Source: Candidatus Spongiisociaceae bacterium
GTDB lineage: Bacteria > Actinomycetota > Acidimicrobiia > Spongiisociales > Spongiisociaceae
Length of the DNA: 64,000 bases
Assembly (NCBI GenBank): GCA_965219685.1
Contig: CBDCOH010000002.1
Span: 1,024,001 to 1,088,000 of the forward strand
Direction of reading: 5' to 3'
Part shown: positions 1 through 8,604 of the stretch, piece by piece
Numbering within the stretch: the first letter of the stretch is position 1
How the letters are laid out: every line of letters begins with the position of its first letter
The notes under the pieces: generated by a model
Database searches by the model: none
Told to the model about the DNA's origin: nothing
The model's input: only the letters and a program-made list of their open reading frames with translations
Program-made: the position numbers and the translations under genes

Positions 1-287
1 CCGACGGGTTGATGCGGGTGCGCTACCGCGAGGGTTTCGACAAAGGGAGGTTGCTGACCCTCGGGCAGGTGGTCAAGGTCGAGTTCCAGCTATACCCCAC
101 CAGCAACCGTTTCGTCGCCGGCCATCGCCTGCGGGTCCTGGTGTCGTCATCGTCGTTCCCCCGCTTCGACGTCAACCCCAATACCGGCGAACCGCTCGGG
201 CGTCACACACGGACTCAGCCCGCCACGAACACCATCCACCACTCAGAGGCGCACCCATCAAGCATCAACCTGCCGGTGGTTGGTTAG
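1..287 (+). CDS. CocE/NonD family hydrolase, C-terminal fragment (5' end outside window)
   Basis: GHRLRVLVSSSSFPRFDVNPNTGEP motif typical of the CocE/PepX C-terminal domain. Confidence 0.85.
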   Translation, partial: DGLMRVRYREGFDKGRLLTLGQVVKVEFQLYPTSNRFVAGHRLRVLVSSSSFPRFDVNPNTGEPLGRHTRTQPATNTIHHSEAHPSSINLPVVG

Positions 288-292
288 AGCTC

Positions 293-323
293 CACCACTC
301 ACCACTCACCACTCACCACTCAC
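293..323 (-). repeat. Heptamer tandem array (TGAGTGG)~4.4 starting at the stop codon of 323..976
   Basis: + strand caccact x4 plus cac. Confidence 0.9.
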
Positions 324-976
324 TACACCCGGCTGCTGGGTGCGGCCAGCACTCCGCGGGCGGCCTGGCTCTCTATCTCCCGCAGCGCTGCTCGGACCTC
401 CAGGGCGCGCGTGAGAAGCAGGCCCACCGCTGCGTCGTGGGATGTGCCGCATCCGAAGCGGACCCGATCACTGGTGTCCGGGACCGCCTCCATGTCTCCC
501 AGCTTTACGAGGCCGAGGACGGCTACCGCGGCCCTGCGGTCATGGGCGCCGACGTTCCCTTCGGTCCTGGCCAGGTACTCGCCCCGTCCCAGGCTCGTGA
601 CCTGGATGGTCTTCCGCTTCTTCCTGTCCCATACCTCCAGCGGCCTTGCCTCGAGTGGCGCACCCGTGGGCAGCTTGGCCGACTCCAGGAAGATCCGTCG
701 GCAGGCGACACAATGGGGCAGCCCGCAGGGGAACCGTACCCGCGTGTCCACGCCCCGATCGATCTGCATTCCGCCCAGGACCGCCATCGCCTCTGCAACG
801 TAGCGCACTCGCTCCGCGGCGCCCTCGCGGGAGCTGTACGTGTGTACCTGGAAGGAGGTTCCGTCGGCAGAGGCCTGTTCGTACAGACCGAGGGTGATGT
901 CGTGGCAGTGCCCGTCCATCGCCACCAGCTCGATACGTCGACCGATCGACTTGAGACGCCCCGTCGCTACAGCCAT
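323..976 (-). CDS. Hypothetical protein with duplicated RVRFxCGxxH motif
   Basis: 217-aa ORF with GGAG RBS; RVRFPCGLPH and RVRFGCGTSH repeats. Confidence 0.75.
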   Translation of the reverse strand: MAVATGRLKSIGRRIELVAMDGHCHDITLGLYEQASADGTSFQVHTYSSREGAAERVRYVAEAMAVLGGMQIDRGVDTRVRFPCGLPHCVACRRIFLESAKLPTGAPLEARPLEVWDRKKRKTIQVTSLGRGEYLARTEGNVGAHDRRAAVAVLGLVKLGDMEAVPDTSDRVRFGCGTSHDAAVGLLLTRALEVRAALREIESQAARGVLAAPSSRV

Positions 977-1083
977 GTCACTCCTATGAGGCCGGAATGG
1001 TCACGCGCCGATGCTATCAGCCGGTGTGCCATGCCGCAGCCGAGCCAAGCGCCCGATCGATCCGGGATCGTGATCACTATCCG

Positions 1084-1665
1084 CTATCCGCTGACGACCG
1101 GCCGGTATGTGACGGCGAGCCGCTGGTAGGCCTCGACCCCGTGGCGCTGGCGTTCGATTTCAGTCTCGGTGAGTTCCCTGATCGGCTTGGCGGGAATGCC
1201 CATCGCCAGCGTCCACGGCGGCACCGTGCGTCCTTCGGGGAGGATGGCTCCCGAAGCCAGCCAGGCGCCGTCGCCGAGCACCGAGCCGTTGAGGGCGCGG
1301 GCGCCGATTCCCACCAGGCAGTGGTCCCCTATGGCGGCGCCGTGGAGGACGACGCTGTGGCCGACGGTGGAGTGGTCGCCGACCGTGCACGCGAACCCTT
1401 CGTCGACGTGCATCACCACGTTGTCCTGGATGTTGGAGTAGGCGCCCACCACGACCCGGTCGAACTCGGCTCTGATGACCACCCCGAACATGACCACCGC
1501 GTGGGCGCGGATCTCGGCGTCGCCGTAGATGTGGACACCTGGCGCGACGAAGGCTGAGGGGTCGATATTGGGGCTGCCCATCGGTATCGGGTCGGACCGG
1601 TACACCTCTGCTCCTTCGTTCCCGGCGTCGGGCGCACTGTACTCGTGGTCCGACCCGGTTCCCAT
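1084..1665 (-). CDS. Gamma carbonic anhydrase family (YrdA/PaaY-like hexapeptide repeat) protein
   Basis: SNIQDNVVMH, TVGHSVVLHG, LVGIGA left-handed beta-helix motifs. Confidence 0.92.
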   Translation of the reverse strand: MGTGSDHEYSAPDAGNEGAEVYRSDPIPMGSPNIDPSAFVAPGVHIYGDAEIRAHAVVMFGVVIRAEFDRVVVGAYSNIQDNVVMHVDEGFACTVGDHSTVGHSVVLHGAAIGDHCLVGIGARALNGSVLGDGAWLASGAILPEGRTVPPWTLAMGIPAKPIRELTETEIERQRHGVEAYQRLAVTYRPVVSG

Positions 1666-1775
1666 GCCGGATTGTCCTCCACCGTTGACACCCTGTCCGG
1701 CCTCGGCGTACGCTGCAAGCAGGTCGGAAGCCGGGCGGCGCCGGATCGTCGCTCTCTTGGTGCAGGGAGGCCATC

Positions 1776-2552
1776 ATGATGCGTTTCAAGGATCGGGTCG
1801 CGATAGTGACCGGCGGGGCCTCGGGCATCGGCGGCGCCACCGCCCGTGAGTTCCTGAGAGAAGGCGCCCGCGTGGTGGTGATCGATCTGCAGCCCGTGGA
1901 TCACGGGTACCTGACCCGCGGCCTCGACTGCGCCCCCGACAATCTCCGGTCCATCCGGGGCAGCGTGGCGGAGATCGACGACTGCCGCCGTACCGTGGCC
2001 GAAGCGGTGGGAACATTCGGCCGGCTCGACTGCATCGTCAACAACGCCGCGAGCTTCGTGGTCGAAGCACTCGATGCGGCCAAGGAGGATTGGGACGCCA
2101 GTTGGTCCACCAACGTCCTCGGCCCGAACAACATGGTCAGGGCCGGGTTCGAGCCCCTCAAGGCGGCAGGCAACGGGGCCGTGGTGAACGTGGCCAGCGT
2201 GGTCGCGGTGGTGGCCAAGCCGGGTGCCTGGACGTACCACGGGACAAAGGGGGCGTTGCTCTCGCTCACCATGTGCATGGCTCTCGATCTCGGTGTTCAC
2301 GGGATCAGGGTCAACACCGTCAGCCCGGGCTGGACTTGGACCGAAGCTACCGCCGCCATCATCGACCGTCAGGCCTACGAGGACTACATCGTCCCCCACA
2401 TGATGCTGGACCGGTGTGGTGAGACCATCGACGTGGCCCGGGCGATTCTGTTCCTGTGCAGCGACGACGCCTCGTTCATAACCGGGACCGACCTCAAAGT
2501 GGACGGTGGTTACAGCGCTATGGGCCCGGAAGGCAAGACCAACCCGGTCTGA
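1776..2552 (+). CDS. SDR family oxidoreductase
   Basis: TGGASGIG, NNA, YHGTK, VDGG motifs. Confidence 0.95.
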   Translation: MMRFKDRVAIVTGGASGIGGATAREFLREGARVVVIDLQPVDHGYLTRGLDCAPDNLRSIRGSVAEIDDCRRTVAEAVGTFGRLDCIVNNAASFVVEALDAAKEDWDASWSTNVLGPNNMVRAGFEPLKAAGNGAVVNVASVVAVVAKPGAWTYHGTKGALLSLTMCMALDLGVHGIRVNTVSPGWTWTEATAAIIDRQAYEDYIVPHMMLDRCGETIDVARAILFLCSDDASFITGTDLKVDGGYSAMGPEGKTNPV

Positions 2553-2572
2553 TACCGCGACCAGGTCCGGAA

Positions 2573-3760
2573 TCAACCTCCTTGCCGGGCGATCGCGTCG
2601 TAGAGGGCGGCCGAGAGGGCGCGGGGGCGGCGGTCGGTGCCCACCTCCATGTGGGTCTGGTTCATGGCGTAGCCGAAGCCCACCTCTGCGGCCGGGTCGG
2701 CGTAGCCCACGGATCCCCCTATTCCCTGCATGCCGAACGCCTCGTCGTTTGGTCCGAGCGACAGGCCACCGGGGGTGGAGCGGCCGTATCCGAGGGCGAC
2801 ACGGGTCTCGCCCCCGAAGATGGCATCGGTTCCCCGGGCCTGCTCGGCCGAGTGGGCAACGACCGACTCCTTGGACACGATCCGCACGCCGTCGAGTTCG
2901 CCACCTGCGGCCAGCATGGCGTACATGCGCGCAACGCTGCGGGCATCCCCGATTCCGTTGACCGCCGGCGCCTCCGCTCTCCAGAACTCGGGGTCGTTGG
3001 CCAGGTCGATGAAGCTGCCCTGCTCCGGGCCGATGAACAGGGCGGCGCCCCCGGGGTTCTCGGGTCCCCAGAGCACCTTCAAGAGATCGAATGCCGGGTC
3101 TGGATCGTGCAGGAGTCTCGCCACCCTCGCGTGTTGCTCGACGGGAAGCCCGATCCAGAAGTCCAGGCCGAGTGGGCGGGCCACGTCGTCCGCGAAGAAT
3201 GCGCCTAGAGTGCGGCCGTCGATCCGACGCACCAGTTCTCCTACGAACCACCCGTAGGTGATCGAGTGGTATCCGACTCGGGTTCCTGGTTCCCAGATGA
3301 GCGGCGCGGCGGCCAGCCGTGCCGCGATCTCCTCGGTGCGGTGCCAGCCCTCCGCTTGGTCGAAGCTGACCAGATCCCAGTACTCGGGGAACGAGGGGAG
3401 TCCGACTGTGTGGTTCAGGAGTTGCCTGATCCGCACGCGTTCCTTGCCCTGAGCGGCGAACTCGGGCCAGTAGGCGGTCACGGGGGCGTCCAGGTCCATC
3501 AGCCCGCGGTCGGCCAGGATCTGGGCGGCCAGGGCCGTCGGTCCCTTCGTCACCGAGAACACGAATACGAGCGTGTCCCGACTCCAGGGGCGGTCAGGCG
3601 TGGCCATCCCCGCCCAGATGTTGACCACGCACTCGCCCCCGACGTAAGCGCAGAACTCTGCGCCCACCTCACCCCGTTTGGCGAAGTTCTCGTCGAACGC
3701 GTCGGCGACCCGTTCGAAACCCCCCGCTACGTACCCTCTGATATCGGTCACTTTCCTCAT
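2573..3760 (-). CDS. Serine hydrolase, beta-lactamase/esterase family VIII
   Basis: FSVTK (SxxK), LLNHTVG, WEPGTRVGYH. Confidence 0.92.
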   Translation of the reverse strand: MRKVTDIRGYVAGGFERVADAFDENFAKRGEVGAEFCAYVGGECVVNIWAGMATPDRPWSRDTLVFVFSVTKGPTALAAQILADRGLMDLDAPVTAYWPEFAAQGKERVRIRQLLNHTVGLPSFPEYWDLVSFDQAEGWHRTEEIAARLAAAPLIWEPGTRVGYHSITYGWFVGELVRRIDGRTLGAFFADDVARPLGLDFWIGLPVEQHARVARLLHDPDPAFDLLKVLWGPENPGGAALFIGPEQGSFIDLANDPEFWRAEAPAVNGIGDARSVARMYAMLAAGGELDGVRIVSKESVVAHSAEQARGTDAIFGGETRVALGYGRSTPGGLSLGPNDEAFGMQGIGGSVGYADPAAEVGFGYAMNQTHMEVGTDRRPRALSAALYDAIARQGG

Positions 3761-3785
3761 CTCCCCTTCAGCGGCCCGATGCGCG

Positions 3786-3818
3786 GAGCAGGCCCCGGAC
3801 CGGAGCCGGGGCCTGCTC
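3786..3818 (-). terminator. 13-bp stem-loop after the substrate-binding protein gene (terminator or mRNA stabiliser)
   Basis: gagcaggccccgg-N7-ccggggcctgctc perfect inverted repeat. Confidence 0.65.
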
Positions 3819-3832
3819 TCGGTTGGCTGTTG

Positions 3833-5191
3833 CTAGAGCGGCTTCATGATCCAGGCGACGAGATCCTCCCGGGCCTGGAGCTTGGCGAACCAATCCTTCT
3901 CGACCTCGAACACCCGCCAGTCGGAGTCGGCCGCGACGGTACCCGCCTCCACCGCGTTCTTGTGCGAGTGGGCGATGGACAGGTCCATGTTGGTCGGCGA
4001 ACCGTCGGCGAAGTAGTGATCCCATGCGTCCTGGAAGCGCACGTAGTCCTCGATGTTGAACAACTCGGCCTTTAGGGTCTCGTCGTCCACTAGGACACCA
4101 CCGGCCCGGCGCACCGCCTCGTGCATGGGCGGGAGCACGTCGTCGGTGCGGTTGTGCAGGTAGCGGGTGGTCCGGTACCAGATGGCGATCAGGCGCAGGG
4201 CCGTCTCCTCGTTGGCAGCCAGCCAGTCCTCGGTGGAGGCGAAGGTGCTGTACCACAACCCGGTCGCTCCGAACGCCTGGAACGGGGCGGCCGAGGTGAA
4301 CTTGTCCCTCAGGTCCGGGTCGGTGAGCATCCGGTGCATCTGGATGCTGTCACCCATGTGGTAGTCGCCCTCGCCGGCGATGAACGACGTGGAGGCCACA
4401 TTGATGTCGGCGAAGCCGATGATCTCGACGTCGTCGAGCGTCAGCCCGCCCTGCTCGAGCAGGGCCTTGAGGGTCGGAATGCTGCCCGGATCCCAGATGG
4501 CGAAGCTCCTACCGGCCAGCGAGGCGGAGAATTCCTGGTTGGCCACCTCGAGGTCTCCCCCGGCATCGACGAAGAAGTCGATCCACGGCTTGTGGACCGC
4601 GGCGCCGGTCTCCGGGTCGGAACGGCCGATGACCTGGAAACCCCTCCACTGGTAGGAGGTGATCCAGTTCCGGAACTCCGGAATGCTCTCGTACACGCCG
4701 AATGCGCAGGCCGGGCAGGAGGCGATCACGTCGAACTCGCCCCGCTTAAGCGCGGCGGTAGGGAAGAACCCCTGGCTCGAGATGTCCAACTCGATGTTCA
4801 GTTCATCGGCGATGCCCAGTTCCTTGGACGCGGCCCACAGGTTGAACGGATAGAAGGGCCCTCCGTTGATCCGCACCGTCACGAGCGGCGCATCCGGGAT
4901 CATCGGACCCATTTCCTCTTCCTCGGGCTCCACGAGCACCTCGCGAACCACCTCACGGATCACCGTCGTGGGCGGAGCGGTGGTGGTCGGCGCCGGGGCC
5001 GTTGTGGTTGGCGCCGCGGTGGTGGTTGGCGCGGCCGTTGTGGTTGGCGCCGCGGTGGTGGTTGGCGCGGCCGTTGTGGTTGGCGCGGCCGTGGTGGCCG
5101 CCGGCTCGTCTTCGGCCCCGCACGCGATGGCCACCAAGGCCAACGCAGCAAGGATCGCCGTAAACCGCCATCTCTTCCGTAGGTATCTCAC
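3833..5191 (-). CDS. ABC transporter substrate-binding lipoprotein (SsuA/TauA/NMT1-like) with PTTTAA linker
   Basis: Lipobox AIAC, Thr/Pro linker, GLTLDDVEII motif, adjacent SsuC-like permeases. Confidence 0.8.
   Translation of the reverse strand: MRYLRKRWRFTAILAALALVAIACGAEDEPAATTAAPTTTAAPTTTAAPTTTAAPTTTAAPTTTAPAPTTTAPPTTVIREVVREVLVEPEEEEMGPMIPDAPLVTVRINGGPFYPFNLWAASKELGIADELNIELDISSQGFFPTAALKRGEFDVIASCPACAFGVYESIPEFRNWITSYQWRGFQVIGRSDPETGAAVHKPWIDFFVDAGGDLEVANQEFSASLAGRSFAIWDPGSIPTLKALLEQGGLTLDDVEIIGFADINVASTSFIAGEGDYHMGDSIQMHRMLTDPDLRDKFTSAAPFQAFGATGLWYSTFASTEDWLAANEETALRLIAIWYRTTRYLHNRTDDVLPPMHEAVRRAGGVLVDDETLKAELFNIEDYVRFQDAWDHYFADGSPTNMDLSIAHSHKNAVEAGTVAADSDWRVFEVEKDWFAKLQAREDLVAWIMKPL
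4998..5099 (-). repeat. 18-bp coding tandem repeat (~5.5 units, 36-bp higher-order period) encoding PTTTAA
   Basis: gccgttgtggttggcgcc alternating with gcggtggtggttggcgcg. Confidence 0.9.
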
Positions 5192-5270
5192 TCTTTCCCT
5201 CCCGTCTCAAGTGTTCCTGGGGCCTGTCTCAGCGGTTTTTGCCTCCTTGTGTAGTTCTCGCTTCTTGGCG

Positions 5271-6140
5271 TCAATTGCCGAGCATGCTACCGACCAGTCC
5301 CCTGTCGGTGCGTGGGCTCCAGCGGGTTACTTTCGCCGCGATGAAGCGAACCGCCTGGTCGAAGATGATCGCCATCGTGCAGAAGACGAACACGATCATC
5401 ATCATTCCGGCCGGATCGAGGTACTGGTTCCGTACCAGCAGGATGAAGCCCAGACCGGTCCGGGAACCGCCTATGAGTTCCACGGCGGCATCGAGTCCCC
5501 ACGCTGACGCCGCGGCCAGGCGGAGAGAACCCACCAGATGGGGGAGGATCGCCGGCACGACCACGGTCCGGTAGATGTGGAAGCGGCTCGCTCCGGTGGT
5601 GAGTGCGGCCTGTATGTAGATATGCGGGACGTTGCGGATGGCCTCCAGGGTCACGAGCGTCCACAGGAGGAACATGGCCAGTGCAACCAAGGACACCTGG
5701 GGCGCGTACCCGACCCCGAACCAGAGGATGAAGAACGGAATCAGCGCGAACAACGGGACGGGACGGACCAGGTTGTCGAGGGTCGCCTCGAAGAAGCGGC
5801 GGATGAACGAGCTGTAACCGAAGATGATGCCTGTGGCCAATCCGGCGACGCTTCCCACCGCCATTCCCAGCAACACCATCCGCAGCGATACCCACGTAGC
5901 GGCCGGTATCAGGTCGATGATCTCCAGGAGGGAGTCGAGCACCCTGTCCGGGCCGGGGAGAATGGCGGGATCGAGGATGCTCCGCGTGAGCGCGTACCAG
6001 ACCGCCAGCGAGATGAGCGGCACCACCGACGCCTCGGCCAGCCGGCGCGCCGGCCCTGCGGTCACCGGTTGGATCTGGAGCTGGGCTCCCCTTCTTCCTC
6101 TTCTTCCCCTTCTGGAGGGCAGAACGCGCGACCTCCTCAT
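5271..6140 (-). CDS. ABC transporter permease (SsuC/TauC-like)
   Basis: EAA-loop-like IQAALTTGASRFHIYRTVVVPAILP; start reassigned to ATG at 6140. Confidence 0.88.
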   Translation of the reverse strand: MRRSRVLPSRRGRRGRRGAQLQIQPVTAGPARRLAEASVVPLISLAVWYALTRSILDPAILPGPDRVLDSLLEIIDLIPAATWVSLRMVLLGMAVGSVAGLATGIIFGYSSFIRRFFEATLDNLVRPVPLFALIPFFILWFGVGYAPQVSLVALAMFLLWTLVTLEAIRNVPHIYIQAALTTGASRFHIYRTVVVPAILPHLVGSLRLAAASAWGLDAAVELIGGSRTGLGFILLVRNQYLDPAGMMMIVFVFCTMAIIFDQAVRFIAAKVTRWSPRTDRGLVGSMLGN

Positions 6141-6145
6141 TCCGG

Positions 6146-7054
6146 TCAATTCCCCAGCATGTGGCCGACCATTCCTCTTCTCGCCCGGGGGCTCCACCTG
6201 GTCAGCCGACCGGCGGCGAACCGCACCGTCTGGTCGAAAACCACCGCGAGAGAGCAGAAGATGAACACGATGAGTACCGCCGAAGAAGTGTCCAGGTAGT
6301 AGTTGACGCGGCTGATCAGGATGTAGCCGAGCCCCTGCTGGCTGCCGGCTAGCTCGGCCGCGACGAGGAGTCCCCAGGCGTAGGCGGCGCCCAACCGCAC
6401 GGATGCGATGAGGTGGGGCGTGATCGCCGGTATGACAACAGTCCGGTAGATACGGAACCGTTCGGCTCCGGCGGTCAGGGCGGCCTTGACGTAGATCTGG
6501 GGGACATTCCGCACGGCCTCGAGAGTGGTCAGGCTCAGGAGCAGGAAGATTCCGATGGCCACCAGCACGACCAGGCGAACCGCCTCGACCCTGAACCAGA
6601 GGATGAACAAGTAGATGAACGCGATGAACGGAACCGGGCGCACCAGGTTGTCGAGGGTGGCCTCGAAGTACCGCCGGATCGTGGGGCTGTAGCCGAGGAT
6701 CAAACCTGTGGCGATCCCGGCTACGCCTCCGATCGCCAGGCCCATGAGCACGATCCGCATCGAGATCCACAGGGCGCCCAGGAGAACGTCGGAGAGTTCG
6801 ATCGCGCTGTTGTAGACAGATTCGGGTGGGGGCAGGTATACCGGGTCGATCCGGGTAAGACCGGAACTTCCCGTGGTGAAGAACAGGCGCAAGGACTGCG
6901 GAAGGCTCATCGGGTCCAGCCGGGTCTCCCTGGTGAGAACGAACCAGACGATTGCCAGGATCACCGGGACCACAGTGGCTTGGGCGATGAGCAGGGATTG
7001 CTTAGGAGGTCGCGCCGGAGGTCGAATAGTTCGCCGTCGACTACCTCTGACCAT
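6146..7054 (-). CDS. ABC transporter permease (SsuC/TauC-like)
   Basis: YVKAALTAGAERFRIYRTVVIPA, LVAAELAGSQQGLG. Confidence 0.88.
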   Translation of the reverse strand: MVRGSRRRTIRPPARPPKQSLLIAQATVVPVILAIVWFVLTRETRLDPMSLPQSLRLFFTTGSSGLTRIDPVYLPPPESVYNSAIELSDVLLGALWISMRIVLMGLAIGGVAGIATGLILGYSPTIRRYFEATLDNLVRPVPFIAFIYLFILWFRVEAVRLVVLVAIGIFLLLSLTTLEAVRNVPQIYVKAALTAGAERFRIYRTVVIPAITPHLIASVRLGAAYAWGLLVAAELAGSQQGLGYILISRVNYYLDTSSAVLIVFIFCSLAVVFDQTVRFAAGRLTRWSPRARRGMVGHMLGN

Positions 7055-7186
7055 CCGGATCCTCTTCAGACGCAGGGGATGCTACCCACTGCCCTGCGAT
7101 CCGTCACCTGCCACCACCCGACTCCGCTCTCGTCCGGGCGTTAGGATCACCGGCAGACGGATCGAAATCGGGTGGCTGGAGGGTAT

Positions 7187-7627
7187 ATGAAACGCGCAGT
7201 GATTCCGGCGATGGCCCTCCTGGTCTTCACAGCGTGTGGCGGCGACTCCAGTCCGGACACAACCGCCACGACATCCGCACCCACCACCACTCGGTCGGCG
7301 CCCAGCACGACGCTGCCGCCCACGACCGTGGTGGCGCCCACCGACGGACTTCCGGATGAGTATCCGCCCGAGTTGGTTCCGCCCGGCGTGATATCCGTCT
7401 ACTGGGAGCCCACCGGAGCGGGAACCGACGTCTTCTTCGAAACCTCGGCCGGTTTCGAGGAGCTGATCGACTTCTACACCAATGCCCTGGAGCCGCCGCT
7501 GGATGTGCGGACGGAAGACGGAGTGGACCGGGCCATCTGGGTCTACAAGCCGGGCGTGGAGCACATCACGGTGATCCTGGAGTCAGACTCGGAAGGCATC
7601 AGCCTCAAGGTATCGGGCCTGTTTTGA
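7187..7627 (+). CDS. Hypothetical lipoprotein
   Basis: GGAGG RBS, MKR...FTAC lipobox, Thr/Pro linker. Confidence 0.8.
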   Translation: MKRAVIPAMALLVFTACGGDSSPDTTATTSAPTTTRSAPSTTLPPTTVVAPTDGLPDEYPPELVPPGVISVYWEPTGAGTDVFFETSAGFEELIDFYTNALEPPLDVRTEDGVDRAIWVYKPGVEHITVILESDSEGISLKVSGLF

Positions 7628-7628
7628 G

Positions 7629-7668
7629 TGGTGAATGGTGAATGGTGAATGGTGAATGGTGAATGGTG
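7629..7668 (+). repeat. Heptamer tandem array (TGGTGAA)~5.7 directly after a stop codon
   Basis: Direct reading of sequence. Confidence 0.97.
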
Positions 7669-7673
7669 GTAAG

Positions 7674-7741
7674 TCTTGAGGGTATCCGACTACTGAGCTA
7701 GGACAGGACCACGGTGAGCCAGGTGGTAGCCGTTCACTGGC
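7674..7741 (+). repeat. 68-bp dispersed repeat core, copy A
   Basis: 55/68 identical, ungapped, to 33050..33117; both follow a TGGTGAA array. Confidence 0.9.
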
Positions 7742-7820
7742 GCCTCGTGAAGATCTGGTCGGGTACCGCGGGCAGCCCCCTCGCTGTCTGCGGCGGTCCG
7801 GTTATACTCGGGCGCCGCCC

Positions 7821-7905
7821 GTCGGAGTGGCGGAATTGGTAGACGCGCTAGGTTGAGGGCCTAGTGCCCTAAAAGGGCGTGGAGGTTCGAGTCCTCTCTC
7901 CGACA
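7821..7905 (+). tRNA. tRNA-Leu (GAG)
   Basis: Acceptor gtcggag/ctccgac, anticodon arm ctagg-ttGAGgg-cctag, long variable arm, GGTTCGAGT T-loop; TATACT -10-like hexamer at 7803. Confidence 0.97.
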
Positions 7906-7910
7906 CCTCA

Positions 7911-7940
7911 TTCAGGTGCCAGGTGTTCAGGTGCCAGGTG
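7911..7940. repeat. 15-bp direct repeat x2 (ttcaggtgccaggtg) built from CAGGTG(C) units
   Basis: Direct reading; lies between the tRNA 3' end and a convergent gene. Confidence 0.8.
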
Positions 7941-7959
7941 CTGTCACATTCCGGCCGAC

Positions 7960-8589
7960 TCAGGTCACTCCCAGATCCGCTATCCGGTCGAGCACGCCTT
8001 GGCGCTCGGCCCCGATGGTGGTGCTGGCGCCATGGCCGGTGTGGACGACGGTCTCGTCGGGCAGCGTCAGCAGAAAGTCCCGGATGCTGCGCAGAATGGT
8101 GGGCTTGTCGCTGAAGCTGCGTCCGGTTGCCCCCGGACCTCCGTTGAACAGGGTGTCACCCGAGAACACCAGACCGCTCGCCTCGTCGAGGAAACAGCAC
8201 GAACCCGGAGAGTGACCAGGAGTGTGGATCACCCCTAGTTCGTGCCCCGCCACTTTCAGGGTGGTCCCGTTCGCCAGGTCTCGGTCCGGCTCGGTGTCGG
8301 AGTAGACCATGTCCCATAGCATCCGGTCGTCCGGGTGCAGCATGATCGGCGCGTCCACGACATCGCGCAGCGGCACCGCCGAGTCGATGTGGTCGTTGTG
8401 GCCGTGGGTGAGCACGATGGCTTCCACCCTGCGGCCGGCGACCGCCTCGACGATGGGGGCGTGGTCGTGACCCGCGTCGAACACGAGCACCTCCCGGTCG
8501 TCACCCACTAGCCAGACGTTGTTGGTCACCGCCCACTCGCCTCCGTCGAGGCGAAAGAACCCCTCGGTCGTCACCAGTTCCAGCGGCAT
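7960..8589 (-). CDS. MBL-fold metallo-hydrolase (probable S-formylmycothiol hydrolase partner of MscR)
   Basis: THGHNDH, HTPGHSPGS, SGDTLF, TGHG; directly downstream of mscR. Confidence 0.88.
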   Translation of the reverse strand: MPLELVTTEGFFRLDGGEWAVTNNVWLVGDDREVLVFDAGHDHAPIVEAVAGRRVEAIVLTHGHNDHIDSAVPLRDVVDAPIMLHPDDRMLWDMVYSDTEPDRDLANGTTLKVAGHELGVIHTPGHSPGSCCFLDEASGLVFSGDTLFNGGPGATGRSFSDKPTILRSIRDFLLTLPDETVVHTGHGASTTIGAERQGVLDRIADLGVT

Positions 8590-8604
8590 GAGCCCGTCCC
8601 CCGA

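Noticed and set aside
1413-3251. Long Arg/Gly/Pro-rich alternative-frame and antisense ORFs (this and many others in the track)
   Set aside because: Expected shadow ORFs in high-GC DNA, overlapping well-supported genes.
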